Shown piece after piece: positions 36,646 to 50,320 of a DNA stretch of 64,000 nucleotides; the stretch's first letter is position 1, and every line of letters begins with the position of its first letter. Below the pieces are notes generated by a model that was not told the DNA's origin, did no database searches, and saw only the letters and a program-made list of their open reading frames with translations. The translations under genes and the position numbers were made by a program. The stretch is from Azolla caroliniana (Eukaryota > Plantae > Polypodiophyta). Where the stretch lies: positions 3,534,001 through 3,598,000 of the forward strand of contig JBHGNT010000015.1 of assembly GCA_043228905.1 (NCBI GenBank). Direction: 5' to 3'.

Positions 36646-39600
36646 GAGATATTCGTCCTCCCATGCTGCTCTTCACGTCGGGTTCACTAAATGATGTTGC
36701 GAAGATTCGTGCGTGTGTGTGCTACTCGAGCGACCACCGAGGTCTTGGACTGGGGAGGACGTTCGTGGAATTATCGAAGAGATGACAATCAATGTAAGAT
36801 TGGATGAAATTTGTTCACTTGAGAAGAAGAAAGATTGTACACTTGAGAAGTATAAAAATATGAAGAAGATAAAGACGAATATAATTATATTGATGTTAGT
36901 GGTGTTGGTGATATCACATATTGAGCCCCCCTTTACACAACCTCCACTAGGGTTTTTATAGCTCTCTTCATGCACAAAACCATGGGTTTAGAACCATAGT
37001 TTTGGGGACACGGTTTTGCTTATGACATGCACAATCCATGGGTTTAGAACCATGGTTTTGTGCACATGGTTTTCTATGGTTGTTTCGTCTATAATTCGTA
37101 TATGAAAAGGAAATACATAAAATTTACACTATATGATAATTCTCCTAGTGGTAAGGCAAACATCTTGTACCTTAGAGGTGTAAGGTTCAAACCTTGCTTG
37201 CAGCCCTCTATATGAATTCAAGTGCCACTAGGACATAGGCTTATTTGCTAAGTGCATGTGCAATGTTGCACATCCTTGGTTTATTTGTCTCACTCAGTTT
37301 CACACCGTAGCTGAAAATCGTCACGACAACATGAAAAAGTGAGGAGTGAGTCCATGAATACCTTCTCGTGTGTCTTCCCCTGGGGCCATATTACCTTCGG
37401 CAAGTAGTCACTTGTAATAACTTGTGGCAATATTCCTCATTTCGTTGCCATCCTCAATGGTCGTTCCATCCTCTCGGTTGAGGCTACACATCATTGTTCT
37501 AGCGTGCCTCGGTCCCTTGGATCAGAAGAATTCCTTCGTGGATTTGTCCCCTACTCGAATCCATCGAGCCATGCTTCCATGAAACTCCATGTCATAGATT
37601 GTCTTTTCCACCATGATGAGTTCATGTTTGGCCATGACAACTTGTCCCGCGATCTAACTACATGTCGGGTATCTCTGTTGGAGTCATTGTAAGGCTATTA
37701 CTCTCTGTTTTGTCCTCTGTCGCTTTTCCTGAGCATCCTTGCTTCTGGTCTTGACAATCTTGTGTCGTAGAGTTGAAGCTCTTGTTAATTTAGCTTGAAG
37801 TTTGTCAGATGCTAATGAGGCATTGACATGTAATGACCATTGGTTGACGAGTTGTTCCTTCACCTCTGTGACTGTGTTGATAGTGTGTGGGATTCGAGGT
37901 TGAAATGGGCCCCACTTTCGGTGTAATTGAAAGTGACCAATTACCGGGTAATAGTTGGAGAAAGTCGTGCCTGGAGTTATGCGACACCACCCTCCCTTCG
38001 CTTCTAGGGCCTCGTCTACATAAATGCGGTCTATGTGAGATAGGGTGGGTCCACAATTTCGCCCATCTGATCAGGAGAATAAGAGTGAGTCCCTTTTTCG
38101 TTGGAAGTTGTCCGAGTGTCATAGATCTCTCATGTTAAGGTGTAGACATAACTTCTCCCATTGTTTTCATTCCCTTCTTTGTAGAACTATAGGATTGTTG
38201 CTAGAGCTATTGTGAAGGGCTTCGATCATATTGAAGTCCCCTTTAATGCACCAGTCCTCCGCACCTGCTACTTGTAGGTGAATGTGCTCCCAGAATGTTG
38301 CCCTTTCTATGCTGCTATTTGGAGCATAAACATTCATAAAATTCCAGCGTTGCCCTTGGATGGCCAGCTTACAAAAATATGCCCTACTAGGTATAAGTGA
38401 TTCTTGATGTACTAAGCCTTGGGCTAGATGTTCCCAAATCAAAGTGCAAATACCACCATGATTTCCAACCTCCCAAATTGTTTGCCATCATCCTGGTAGA
38501 AGGTCTTCAACTTCCTTTGAACGAGTACTATCGAGGTGGTGTTCCTGCAACATGATTATGTCAGCAGCACCCCCTAATATATATTCCTCAAGATCCCTTC
38601 TCAGTTTCCATCCATTTTGTTGGTCTAGTCGACTCTTGAGCCCTTGGACGTTCCATGTTACAATTTTCATACTCATGGAATAGGGAGGGAGATTGCCAGT
38701 TGTTCTTGATGCTTTGCACAATAGGTCGTGAGTGGAGAGCACTCACCATTTAGACATCCAATCATTTTCACTGATGGGATGATGGTCCAAATCCATGAGT
38801 GGAGTTTGTGGGCTATCCGGTGAGCTTCAATCGCCTGGAGTTAGATGGGTGTCTATAATAGTCCGCAGGTGGATGTGGCAGAGATGAGGTTCCTCTTCAT
38901 CCATGGTGCACCAGAATTCACTGTTATTCCAATGCTTCTTGAGTTCGTTCATGAGGTCTTCGTCTCTTATTTTTGTTACAAAACATGTTGCTTGGCTACA
39001 TAGCGTATCATTAATCTTGGATTTGGACCAGTCTTCTTTTGTCGGTAGCAAGAGTGGATAGGAGATTGAGGTCGTTGGTACTCCATTATTGTGTATTGCC
39101 GATACATGTACCCTTATTTTTTCCACTGTTTTATGCCCGATACCTAGCCAGTTCAAGGCGTTTTGTGCTCGGTGTCGTTCAAGGTCCTAACTAGACTATG
39201 ATTTGAGGTGTGATATTCAAACTTTTGCCTTGATTTGTTGCTTCTCCATTGGGTGTAGTTCCACGCATGCTCCGCATTAAGGTCTTAACATGACTTATCC
39301 TTCGTCGCTTTCCTATTTTGAAAGCTTTAACGAGAATTTTTTCCTGTGTGCTTGGTGTCACCTTAGGCCATTCATTAGGGCTTAAGAAAGAACTAGAGGA
39401 GTATTCATCCATGGGGGGGAGCTCTTGCAATAGATCAAATTGATTGGGCCTCAAAGGCGATGGAGGATTTTGTGCCTCCTGTGAAGTTTTGCGGAGGGCA
39501 TAGGTTTTCCCCACCACTTGCCATTCCATCACAACCTTATCGAGTCGTGGTGGGGGGGGCTTCTCACGGCCTATGGTGCCATGACCTTCTCAGGTCTCCT

Positions 39601-41619
39601 TGGCGGGATCTTTGGTGCCTCTCGTGGGGCAGTTCTTTTTTAAATGACCAAATTTTTTGCATGCAAAACATTGCCCTGGTGCACCGATCACTTCTATGTG
39701 TTGTTCAATCCGCATTCTGTTTTTTCCAGGAATGAGGATCTTGGAAGGAAGTTTGTCGATGTTCAACACCAAAAGGCGTATAGAGGGAGGGTCTAGTTGC
39801 TTCTTTAGCTTGTCCGCTAGCATTAGGTCCTCGTCCAGCATCATAACAAAGGAGTTCCAATAGTAGGAAGTAACATGTTGTATTCTAAGGATAAACCAGG
39901 AAACAACATTGTTACCTTTTTCATGGAGTCATCGTGTTGCGTAGCCTTCTCTGGGTTAAAACCATGTGTCCATTTACGCATGAATAACCATGCGTTTCGG
40001 ATCTGGCAGGGAGACATTGCTATGAGTTTCGTCGCGGCATCCTTGTCCTCGAGGACGATTTGATAGAAACCTTTGCCAAGCAGTTGAACTTCCTTTATTC
40101 CACCTACTCGTGCATGGTACTTGCCTTGCAACATATCTCGTAGTAAGCCTCTATTTGGGTGGGAGCCCACCACGAGGCATATGAACATGATTCGCTCAAG
40201 ACGATCTATCTCCTACTCCAATAGTAACATTTATTCGCTAGTGAAACTAATCTCAACAAGACTCTCGCTACCTGGATTGTATTTATCTTGCATTTTCTCT
40301 TTATCAAAAGAGGGGCCTGTGAGAGGTGGTGCGTGTGCAATAGTGGCGATGTCCGGTGCTTCCATGCTTGAGGCAATCTTCTAATGTTTAAAAAGGGTTC
40401 TCTTATATGTATATATATGTGTGTGTGTGTATATGTATATATATGATTGGGGAGGGGGGATAGTCGTTTTTTTTTTGTTTTTCTTTTTAATTTAAATATA
40501 TAAATTTTCTCTTCTAAAGGTGGGTTTGGAGAGAGGGTAGGGCCTGCATAGAGGGGATCTGTGTGCCCTCCTCTCTGCGTTGTCCTCTGCTCCGTTGCTC
40601 CTGCTACACTCATCTGCTTCGCTCTGTTCCCCAGTGTTGTCTTAAGGTGGGCGCGATTCAGCTCCTGCTCCGCTGCTCCTCTCATTACTACAGAATGTGT
40701 GCATAAATACCCCAACCCATGCAATATATAGACACCATAACATGCCTACGCATGGGCATATTGAAGCTCACAAACATTACCATGACCACACATAGTTGAA
40801 TTGAAAGTCCTAATATTGTAAACAATTATGGGGAAGAGTGATCAGAAAGTCAATGTTTAGCTATCATAACCATTTTAGTTGGCACTTGAATGAACTTTGT
40901 GTTGCTTTCTTTAAAATAACAAGTCAACCAAAATGTTGATATTCAAAGGAGATCAATTTAAAGCACCCTATATAATTCTTTAGATTATTTTGCTTCATAT
41001 AATTGTTGGGCCCATATATTTCATGTTGCTCCAATCTAAAGATAAGCACGTAACATGATTGATGCTTCATCCTACTTTTTGTTAGTTGTTTCATATGTGT
41101 GATGAAGTTGGTACATGTTCTTGGACTTTTCAAGCCATTGGCATTTCAAAATTTCCAGTAGGTACTAGGACTCATGTGACTTTATGAAGTTGTGAGAACT
41201 AGTTTTCCATTAGAAATTCCTTGCATAACCCCAACTAAAAGCACATGAAAGTTTATGAATGTATCTAACTCAACAAGAATCTAATAAAGTTGTTGAATTC
41301 ATCTGGTCATTGTAATTGTAACATTCAACTCCATTTACACGTTGTATTTGGACCCTCAAAAGATTGAAGCTCACTATTTGGTTGTGTTGCAAATTAATAT
41401 ACTTGACATAATTTGAGATTCAATTGACCACTTGTCCTTATTTTAAACCAATGAATGGCCGTTTTGATCCTAAGGAAACAAAACATCTAAAGTAACTTGT
41501 CATTGTTGGTAAAAAGTGTTCCCTACAATGATGTTGAGAAACTTAGAATGAGGGGTCGCAATGTTCATGAATGTCTCTTTGATGCAAACTTTGAAAGGCT
41601 TTGAACTGAATAAATCTAA

Positions 41620-41931
41620 GGGAAAAGTACTAGGATACCCTTGGAAGTTTGTCTATTTACCAGAATGCCCCTGGAAGTTCCAAATTTACCAAACTACCCC
41701 TATGTCCAAAAAAATACACTTTATAAAGGAATTATACACTCAAATCTACACGCCCTATTTACCAAAGCTGGAAGAAATGGACCCGAACTAGCCCTATTTA
41801 CCAAATATTTGAGTGTGTAATTACTTTATAAAGTGTAATTTTTTGGACATAAGTCTAGTTTGGTAAATTTGGAACTTCAAGGGGCATTCTGGTAAATAGA
41901 CGAACTTCCAGGGTATCCTAGTACTTTTCCC
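41620..41931. mobile_element. Mutator-like MITE (312 bp, ~130-bp TIRs)
   Basis: GGGAAAAGTACTAGGATACCC...GGGTATCCTAGTACTTTTCCC; perfect 9-bp TSD TAAATCTAA (41611-41619, 41932-41940). Confidence 0.93.
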
Positions 41932-44273
41932 TAAATCTAATAGAGCTGATATGCACAAATGTTGATGTAAAGTTGAACGTGGGTGCTGGAAGTATGTGTA
42001 AGAATACTATGTTAATTAGCATTCATAAATTTATCAAATTGCTAGTGAGGTTAAAATATGATGCTAGCATTGAAATATTGAAATGCGATTTTATGCTTTT
42101 GGGTTATATCCAACATTACCAATATTTTCCATTCCAATATGTTTTAATATGAATTCTAATCAAATAAGTAGATAGCTAAAGTTATTAAGCTATAACAGTT
42201 TTGTTTTTATACATTATCCTAGAATGTTTTTAATAAGGAAATGAGGAAATCTTTTATCCCAATCTTCATAATAACGAGTTTTACTTTTATAATTTGAACT
42301 TGGTTTAGTCTTAGAGGGTTTAACTCGAAGCACTTGAAAAGTATTGATAGTTTGGCGTTTCTCTACACGCAGAATGGGAAGTTATTGTAGGACCACAATT
42401 TTGTAGTTCACAAAAAGTTTGATTCCATCAACATATAAACCAAAAGGGACATAGTTATCCTATCAATAAGCAAGCTCGCATGCCAACTTAATAACAATAT
42501 CACTAAAACGAACAGAATAATGTAGGTCCATGATGAATTATCCCCTCCATTGGGGCTCGTTAAACCTCGTAGTCTAAAAATCATGGATAAATATGACGAA
42601 TCTTTGTTCAATTTAAGCTGCCCTCAATTTTCTTCACTTAAAAGAAAGTAGTTCCAGTATAAATATTAGCATAAAGGTTCATTTCTCCCTGCACAAGCCC
42701 CATTCATGTGGAAATTGCCCTTAATTCTAAAACATTTATAAATATTGTTTGTTCGAGTTGTGCTTTCCATGCTACAATTGATGCATACCACAAACAAGAA
42801 CTCAATCCCTTGTCTAATAAGACCCATCACACCTCATGGAAATACATGAATGTCTATTGAACGACTTATTATCAATCTCCCATATTATGAGCATCAATGC
42901 ATAATGCAATGTGTGCTTGCATGACTTGTTATTGTCAATGATCACAATATTTCACGAGGCATGTAAATTGTCAAAATCATAACTTTCTTTTCTTCCTTTT
43001 TGTGGGTATGGGGACTCAATGGTAAACCTTGTTTTAACAAATGCACAAAAGTTTACATGTAGAGTGGAAACTTTTTCGTGCATAGCAAGTTGAGTGAGCA
43101 TCCATTATGTACGATAATGACATACTTGAAATGGTACAAAGCTTTAAATACATTGGGCTTCAATCATATATAGAATGAATATGATATTCACCAATTGGAA
43201 GTGAGAAAGGCGGCGTATCTTGTATTTGAAAACATGTGCAATGGAGAAGAAATCAAATGTTGGGTTCTCAAGAAATATACTTATTTCGCCCTTTGTTGCC
43301 ACTAGTGTTTGCTTTATGGGGTTGAAGTATCGGGTGATACCATCCATAAGTCCACTTGAAAAGAATTGAAAATGTCAAAATGCATATAAGTCATGATACT
43401 ACTTGAATTTGGACATGGAATTGATTGAGTACATACTTGAGGTTAGAAACATCACATAGACATCATCCTAGGACCACTTAGGGATCGAGAAAAAAGATTA
43501 AAAGAAAATCAAACTTTATGCTCCATCTCACTCGTATTCAAGTTTGAGTGCAACGTATCGTTGATCCAATCCCATCCCCACCAACAATTCTCTTGCATTC
43601 ACGGCAATTATTCTGCAATTTTGAATCCAGCACTTTATTATGTGAAGTTGTTTCACTCTTTGATCTTATATAGGTCATTATGTATGATTTATGTGGATAT
43701 GGTTGGCTACATTTCGTCGTGTATTTGGGATACGTTGTGTGTTTTGAGTTACTTTCCACATTACTTTCCACAAGTTCTCAAATAATTCATCAATTTTCAA
43801 AGGCTTGATAATCGATTACGATCCATTTATCATTAACACCACATTCGGAGCGACTTGAAAACATACAAAAAAGGACTCCAAGAACTTATCCACTCACTAC
43901 AATTCCTCACATCAATAAATTCCACATTCTCATATATTGGAATTTTCTGTTGTAAGCAAGAATATGTATGGTATTGTCAAAGAATATATAAAAACAAAAA
44001 CCTCTGGCACAAGCAAATGTGCATGCGCAGTCTCTTATGAAAATTGGGTCATATAAACACATAATCAAAGAAAAAGAAAAAACTTTATACTCAAGTGGAG
44101 TAGTCCACTTAAATCAACAGGACACCACCATTTTTTATACTTCAAGCAAAACTTCCAAAGAAGAAAAAACACAATGCATGGATGGTGCCGCAAACCTTTC
44201 ATCGGTTACTCATGTAAAGACCTGCCCCATCAAACCTTTGAAAGATCAACAAATGGTAACAAATGCCTTCCTT

Positions 44274-47200
44274 TTATAACACTTTCAATCCTCTTCCAGG
44301 AAGTTTTCCCTCCATTGCATCCTTCTTCATCTTGCAGCTTACACATAGGAATGGCCCTTCCAAGGTTCGATTTGTTACCGAGAAAAAAGAACCCGCATGA
44401 ACTGAAATCCCATCACTCAATGTTATCGGGATCTGACAAATAGCACAATTGAATACCCCTGATGATGGATCCGATCCGAGCCTGGACAAAAGAAAAACAA
44501 TCATAAAATCAAATACATTTTTCGGAAACAAGATTTGAATTGACACTTGCAAAAAAGATGAATACAGCAAGATTTGAATTGACACTTGCAAAAAGATGAA
44601 TACAGCAAGATTTGAATTGACACTTGCAAAAATATGAATACAGCAAAATACTTGGAAGGTCACCAAGAAAACCAGAATGAAATAATAGCTCAAAAAAGTA
44701 TTTTGAATGAGACCAGGAGAAAGATGAATAAATTTGAATATTACATTTCTGAAAAGATTAAATCTAGCCAGAAATGTTTGAATGCCACAGAGAAAAGATG
44801 GAGATTGCCAAAATAAATCAAGTTAATGAGACTTAAAAGAAAGATGAACAATCGAAACCTTTCGGCAAGCATCGCGGAACCCTCTTCGAATAGCTCTTCG
44901 ACAATTGCAGCTGCTTCTCCCAATTTGTTTGGTACAACTGTTGTCGATTCTTTTGGTCTCCACCCAAATAACCAAGCCTTGAACTTGTTTTTCTTCTTCA
45001 TTGATGGTGAAGAGACAGGACGCATATAATTTTCAGGTGGGATTATGTCCACAACAACACACGTCGTATCATCCCGGAGGCCTCGAACCCGTAATGATTC
45101 CTGAAACAGAAGACAAAAAGAAAGCAAATAAATGCAAAAGAAACACATCATAGGAAAAAAGTGTTTGTGATCACAATTTGAATAATTAGAAACAACATAA
45201 CAAAATAGTATGTATATATAGGAAAGAACTGAAAAACAACAAAACAAATACCCTGAATATAGGAAAAAGAAAACATTTCCCAACCTTGACAACTTGCCTT
45301 GCAGCAAGTTCTGGAGTTAATCCTCTGCAGCAATCCGCTGCTTTATCAGAACTTAATGCATCCCAAACACCATCTGATGCAATGATTAATCTACCCCCTG
45401 CTTTCGGTAGCTGAAAATAAACCAACGAACGCTTTCTTTATTGTTTGACAAAATTATCAAACAAAAAGACTCTTCTGTACTACTATTAAAAATTCTTGGT
45501 CACCTTGATTAGCATAAACATGACAAGGAGATAAAAGAAAATACCTTGATTTGCTTCACATGGGGTATAGGTACTATAAACTCTCCTACATCAAGGTCAC
45601 CAATCGATCTTGATAAACAAAGCCCTCCAGGCCAGCAACGTAATGGACCAATCTGTTCACGTGATTTCCATTAAGAACATATTTAAAATAATAATAATGG
45701 AACGCAAAGGAAATAATAAAGATAGAATACGGTTACAAAGACAGAATATAAAGTATGTATACCATCAGAATGCACAAGAAAGCAATCCACCGCTGAGAGA
45801 TAAGAGAGAGTTAGAGATGCATAGAGGCTTAGAATTGTTCGATCTTCTTAATTATATATCGAATTAGATCAATGCATACCCCAAACTCTATTTGCAAACA
45901 AAAAGATGCAAAGAAATGCAAATTGCTATATGTATATACATATACAATTGACATACATGACGCATGTAGAGATACTTGAGGAGTGTAAAATTATAAATTT
46001 TTTTCCTGTGATGAAATAATAACTCATGAAAGACGAGGAGAAAACACGCAAAAGCACACATTGGCAAAAGCCCTACCTCAGCACCACCTGCAATGCTAAG
46101 CCGTCCAACTTCACCTCCACTTTTCATTACTCTGTCACGCCTGCGAGTTAACAAACAATGTCGAAAATTTCATTCAATCATATCAGACAGAAAAGAAAAA
46201 TCTTAAAGACCACAAAGAGAAAGCATCTTATCTTAAACCTATAAATGACAACATAATCTTACTCTTCTTCATTGTCCTCTAATCTGTGATCTACAGTCAA
46301 TGTCGTGGTCTTTCCTCCTCGATGATCAAGGATGCATCGTGAATCACCCACTGAAGCCACTGTTACAGTCAATCTATCAATGACCACCAGTGTCACAGTT
46401 GTTCCAGAAGTTTGCCCTTGGAAATGTCATCACAAATTTTTCATTAATTTGAATAGAAAGGGAACTCCAAGAAATTTATTTAAATCTTTAAAGAATGAAC
46501 ATATGAGTAGGACTTTGCAAACCTTTTTCCTGGAAATCTTTATCTGTCTTCACAAATCCTGCAACTAAAGCCCGTGGCAAGGATCCCAACCACTCGTCCC
46601 TCATGAGAGTGGAAGGGAGAGCACTCATAACATCAGATAGAAGATTTTCTTTCGCATAAACAGCAGCTGATGATCCATTATGACCATCCAACACCTATAT
46701 TCGACAAATCTTTATGATTATCATTATGAAACCTTTATTCAACACATTTTTTAAGATTATCATTGTGACACTAGACTTGAATGTAGGATGAATCCACTGA
46801 AGGAATCCATCATATCATTGTTATGATTCACTACACCTGACAGTAAGTAGTAAGGATCCACAATCAATCCCAGATTCAATAAATAAAGGAATCCATATAT
46901 TGTCCCCAAAACCACATCAGAAAGATATCATGACTCTTGTGAAGTTCTGATGAAATTGCTGCATTTTCACAAACTACCTCCACTAAATAATAGTAGTATG
47001 CTATCAAGAACAAAAAGGACTACACAATCATAGTCCGAAAAATCCCAATCGTTGTTCATAAAAGAAAGCAAGGAGAAGATGAAACATTACAAAACATACC
47101 CCGAAAACTGCAAAGGTGGAGGAAGGATCGCCTGAGACACGTTGACAATCAGTCTTCATGAACGTGAAATCTTCGCCTTTTCTCGCTTGACATGCCTCGC

Positions 47201-47318
47201 CATATCGAATAATGGGTGTCTCAGATTTCTCATTCTCCAGCTCTAATTTCAACAACGAGGCCAAAGGGACCATACCATCCTCTCGATGGAACTTATGTCC
47301 ATTATTATAGGATCCCAT
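44274..47318 (-). CDS. Protein phosphatase 2C (PPM), 430 aa, 8 exons: 47318-47100, 46694-46523, 46416-46263, 46140-46077, 45652-45545, 45410-45285, 45100-44859, 44481-44274
   Basis: Motifs KGED, DGHNG, SGTT, VASVGDSRC, DHRL, GPLRCWPGGLCLSRSIGD, IIASDGVWD and GLRDDTTC; C-terminal EELFEEGSAMLAERLG and CAIC...C.SC as in plant clade-H-type PP2Cs. GT-AG exons sum to 1293 nt in frame. Confidence 0.95.
44529..44648. repeat. ~38-39-bp tandem repeat x3 in the last PP2C intron
   Basis: CAAGATTTGAATTGACACTTGCAAAAA(G)ATGAATACAG repeated. Confidence 0.9.
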
Positions 47319-47975
47319 TGTTGAAAAATTTAGGAAAGATAGATAACCCTCTACTATACATCTAGCACGAGGAAGGGAAAAAACCATGGCATTTCTTCCT
47401 TTCTGAGAAAGCTTGGATTAGAATCCATTTTGTCACAGAACAGGGGAACTTACTTCTTTCTCATTCACTGGTTCATTCATTCATGGGCTCGAGCAATCTT
47501 CAAGGGATCAAAAACAAGCTACGGTTCTCTTTCTTTCTCTGATTTTGCTGACTTCCCCTTTCAGAATTGCGTTTCCCCTCTGTTTTTCTGTGTTTCCGGG
47601 TGTATAGCTCTGATGGTCGAGAATTCCAAAGGAGGCAACAAACAATGGTAATTTTCTTTCTTTATAGAAACGTCTCCCTCTCCCACTCTATCTGTCTGGA
47701 TGAATGGCTACAAAGGATAATGGAAGGTACAGATCTGAGATGAACAGAGCAGAATTTCGTGAGGGATCGATCGATAAAAGGAAACACAGAGGCGCAGAGA
47801 GAGAGAAACAGAGAGAAACAGAGGATTTTGACCTTCTTTTCTCTTCTCTTTGGGTCTTGCTTGCTAAATCGAGCAAGGCAGCTATATATAGGTAAAGACT
47901 TTCCTTTTCTTTATTAGTTTTTTTACTTTTATGTCCTATTCTCTCCTCATTTGACTTTTACTAACTAAAAAAACA

Positions 47976-47983
<8 letters not shown>

Positions 47984-48026
<43 letters not shown>
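47984..48026. repeat. (CT)n microsatellite upstream of PP2C
   Basis: Directly visible. Confidence 0.95.
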
Positions 48027-48030
<4 letters not shown>

Positions 48031-48129
48031 TTTGTGTGGTGTAGTATTGATTGTGTGTGTGTGCGCGCACGTGTCCGGGAGTGCAATGTTTTCATTGTTC
48101 TGCGCCTATGTGCGTCCAGGTACCAACAT

Positions 48130-48462
48130 GTCAATCTGCCCTATGTCCATTTGTGTTTCTAGCCTCTTTGTCTGCCCTATGTCCAGGTCTGTCTCTGGCC
48201 TCTCTATCTGCCCCATGTCCAAGTCTGTCTCTAGCCTCTCTATCTGCCCCATGTCCAGGTCTGTCTCTGGCCTCTCTATCTGCCCCATGTCCAAGTCTGT
48301 CTCTAGCCTCTCTATCTGCCCCATGTCCAGGTCTGTCTCTGGCCTCTCTGTCTACCCTATGTCCAGGTGTGTATCTAGCCTGTCTATCTTACCCTATGTC
48401 CAGGTGTGTGTGTGTGTCTCTAGCCTATCTGTCTTCCCTATGTCCAGGTGTGTCTCAAGCCT
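48130..48462. repeat. 36-bp minisatellite (~9 units) with 72-bp higher-order alternation
   Basis: TCTGCCC(C/T)ATGTCCA recurs at ~48135, 48171, 48207, 48243, 48279, 48315 and 48351; units alternate AGG..TGG and AAG..TAG. Confidence 0.92.
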
Positions 48463-48689
48463 ATGTTTTTTTTTTATCATAATTAGTTTACCCTAGTGGT
48501 AAGTTGTTAACACAACAAGCATTGCATCTTGGTTTCAAAAGCCAATTTTCTCACCTCTCTATTATATAGTTCATATATATCTTTTCTTTCACTAGATGCT
48601 ATTGTGGAATGTAGGGGTTGAACCCATGACCACCTGGTCTCAAGCCTATCTATCTATGTGCACCATTTCTCTCTCTTTCTCTCTCTCTC

Positions 48690-49150
48690 ATGCTTCACAC
48701 ATTATACTACATATGTTGCACCTAACTACAAAACCATATTCTTCGTCGAACATGGAAACTATACACATCAAATACATGTTAGAAGCCCATCCTATTGTTT
48801 GCTATCTGAACCATTGCTTCCATGCAACTAAGCTCACGTGCATTGCGATATGAGACAGGGTGTTGGGGGCACTAGTGATCAGAGTGGTCAACTATGCACA
48901 CTATACCTGAAACAAGTTCGGGAGTCTTGCGTACCACACATTGATACCATGCTCTGCCTTTGATCATATTTGACTATGCTTTCCACACTTCTTCAAACAA
49001 ACCCAATCCTTGCACGAATTTCTCTCGCAATCACAATTTGCACCCTCGATTGCAAAATTCATGAAATGTAATATTTTGTCTCATAGGTCATTTTTTACCT
49101 CTGAAGACAATTATAATACAATCCATCTATCTATCTATCTCTCACACACA
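48690..49150 (+). mobile_element. 3' fragment of the RTE-X-like LINE ending in (ATCT)n; further fragments at ~49240-49520
   Basis: Reverse-complement homology to 28811-29300 and 55210-55490; tail ATCCATCTATCTATCTATCT. Confidence 0.75.
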
Positions 49151-50320
49151 TCACCCAACATTGATATACTACAACACTAACTACTATAATATGTAGCCCT
49201 AATGTTTCTCTCCTCTTCATTTGTGTACAATGCTACGTTGAATCCTCTCACTCTAGTTCACAATCACATTGCACACCACTTGATTGCAAGGTCATTAATA
49301 GAATTCTTGAACATTGAGAATCATTACTCAACTGTACACATACTGTGTGAGAATGTCCTCTTTATCTCTCTTTCTCTCTAGCTTCCACATTCGAGTTTGT
49401 TATGCTCTCATTGTCGATATGATATGCTCTATACACATATTCCTCTCACGATCACAATGTGTACGCTCCATTGTGCGACATTTTTATCAATAAAATTCTT
49501 GAACATCGAGAGTCACGACTAGAGGAGGCTATGAAACTGCAACCATTGTTTGTATCCTTGATCAACACATATTGAACCCCGTTGTTCCATCAATTCAAGT
49601 GTTGTGTTACCCTAAAATGATACACATGCACTACCAAAGAAGAAATGGATAGACATCATGCACCATTGCTTGGATCACGTCTAATTTGGAGCTCCCTCTC
49701 CATAAACCCATCAAGTTTATGGTTGTATGTATAGATCAATATGGTTCATCATGTTCAAGTGTTGTCACCCTAGGATGATACGCAAATTACACCAAAGAGG
49801 AAGGGTAGAAATTTGAATTATTGGCTAATCAAGCCAATCTTGGACATTCCTCTTCATAAACTTGTCTCCAGTTTATAATTGTGATGTACACGAGGATCTT
49901 ATTTGACATATGGCTTGAGAAGCACACATATGGTCTCGAGTCTTTTGACTCTATACACATTACCCAAGTAATGTTAGGAACCATACTAGCACAATTTTCT
50001 ACTAAAGAAAATTGGTCAACACCTAAATGTGCCTAACCATCAACGTGCACAATGAAATCTAGTCAATACCTACTTATCATGCCTAATCTATCTTAAACCA
50101 CCTTGATATTATTGTATTGCAGAAAAGGAAAAATGAATGTAAAGTGCATATTAGGTGTAAATCATAGCAAAAATGTTGGTTTTCATGTATTGGTTCTTCT
50201 AGTCCCAGCCACAACCTTTTTTTAGCACTATTTCCTAGTACATGGGAGTGATTCTTGTCTTTGATTGCACATATTTTTGTACCTAAGTTTGCAATGTATT
50301 TCACTTTGTGTTCTCAAGAA

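Larger units (their letters stand above)
33829..37328 (-). mobile_element. Non-autonomous gag-only LTR retrotransposon (TR-GAG-like), LTRs 33829-34436 and 36695-37328
   Basis: LTRs TGT(C/T)GCGA...TCACGACA; PBS complementary to the tRNA-Trp 3' end (+ strand TTCACGTCGGGTTCACTA, 36672-36689); PPT GGTGGGGGTGGA at ~34437-34448; TSD ACGT/ACAT; no PR, RT or INT motifs seen. Confidence 0.9.
30978..40360 (-). mobile_element. Near full-length decayed L1-clade LINE, interrupted by the LTR element at 33829-37328
   Basis: ORF1 ~40350-39200 (DUF4283-like LLGKGFY..W..RKW..GFNP; knuckle CFACKKFGHLKKNCP). ORF2 starts MSMKIVTWNVQGL (~38676), with NVYAPN, GDFN, WRPITLLN, DFEKAY, EFADD, YLG and W.LWKQRC.RVF. 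A-rich tail at ~30978-31005. Confidence 0.92.

Noticed and set aside
40750-43900. Possible decayed transposase or helicase remnants (also 50800-53450)
   Set aside because: No motif could be read convincingly by eye; would need tBLASTn or HMM searches.
48032-48496. Cys/Ser-rich repeat ORFs (SLSICPMSRSVS)n
   Set aside because: Artefact of a 36-bp stop-free minisatellite open in several frames.
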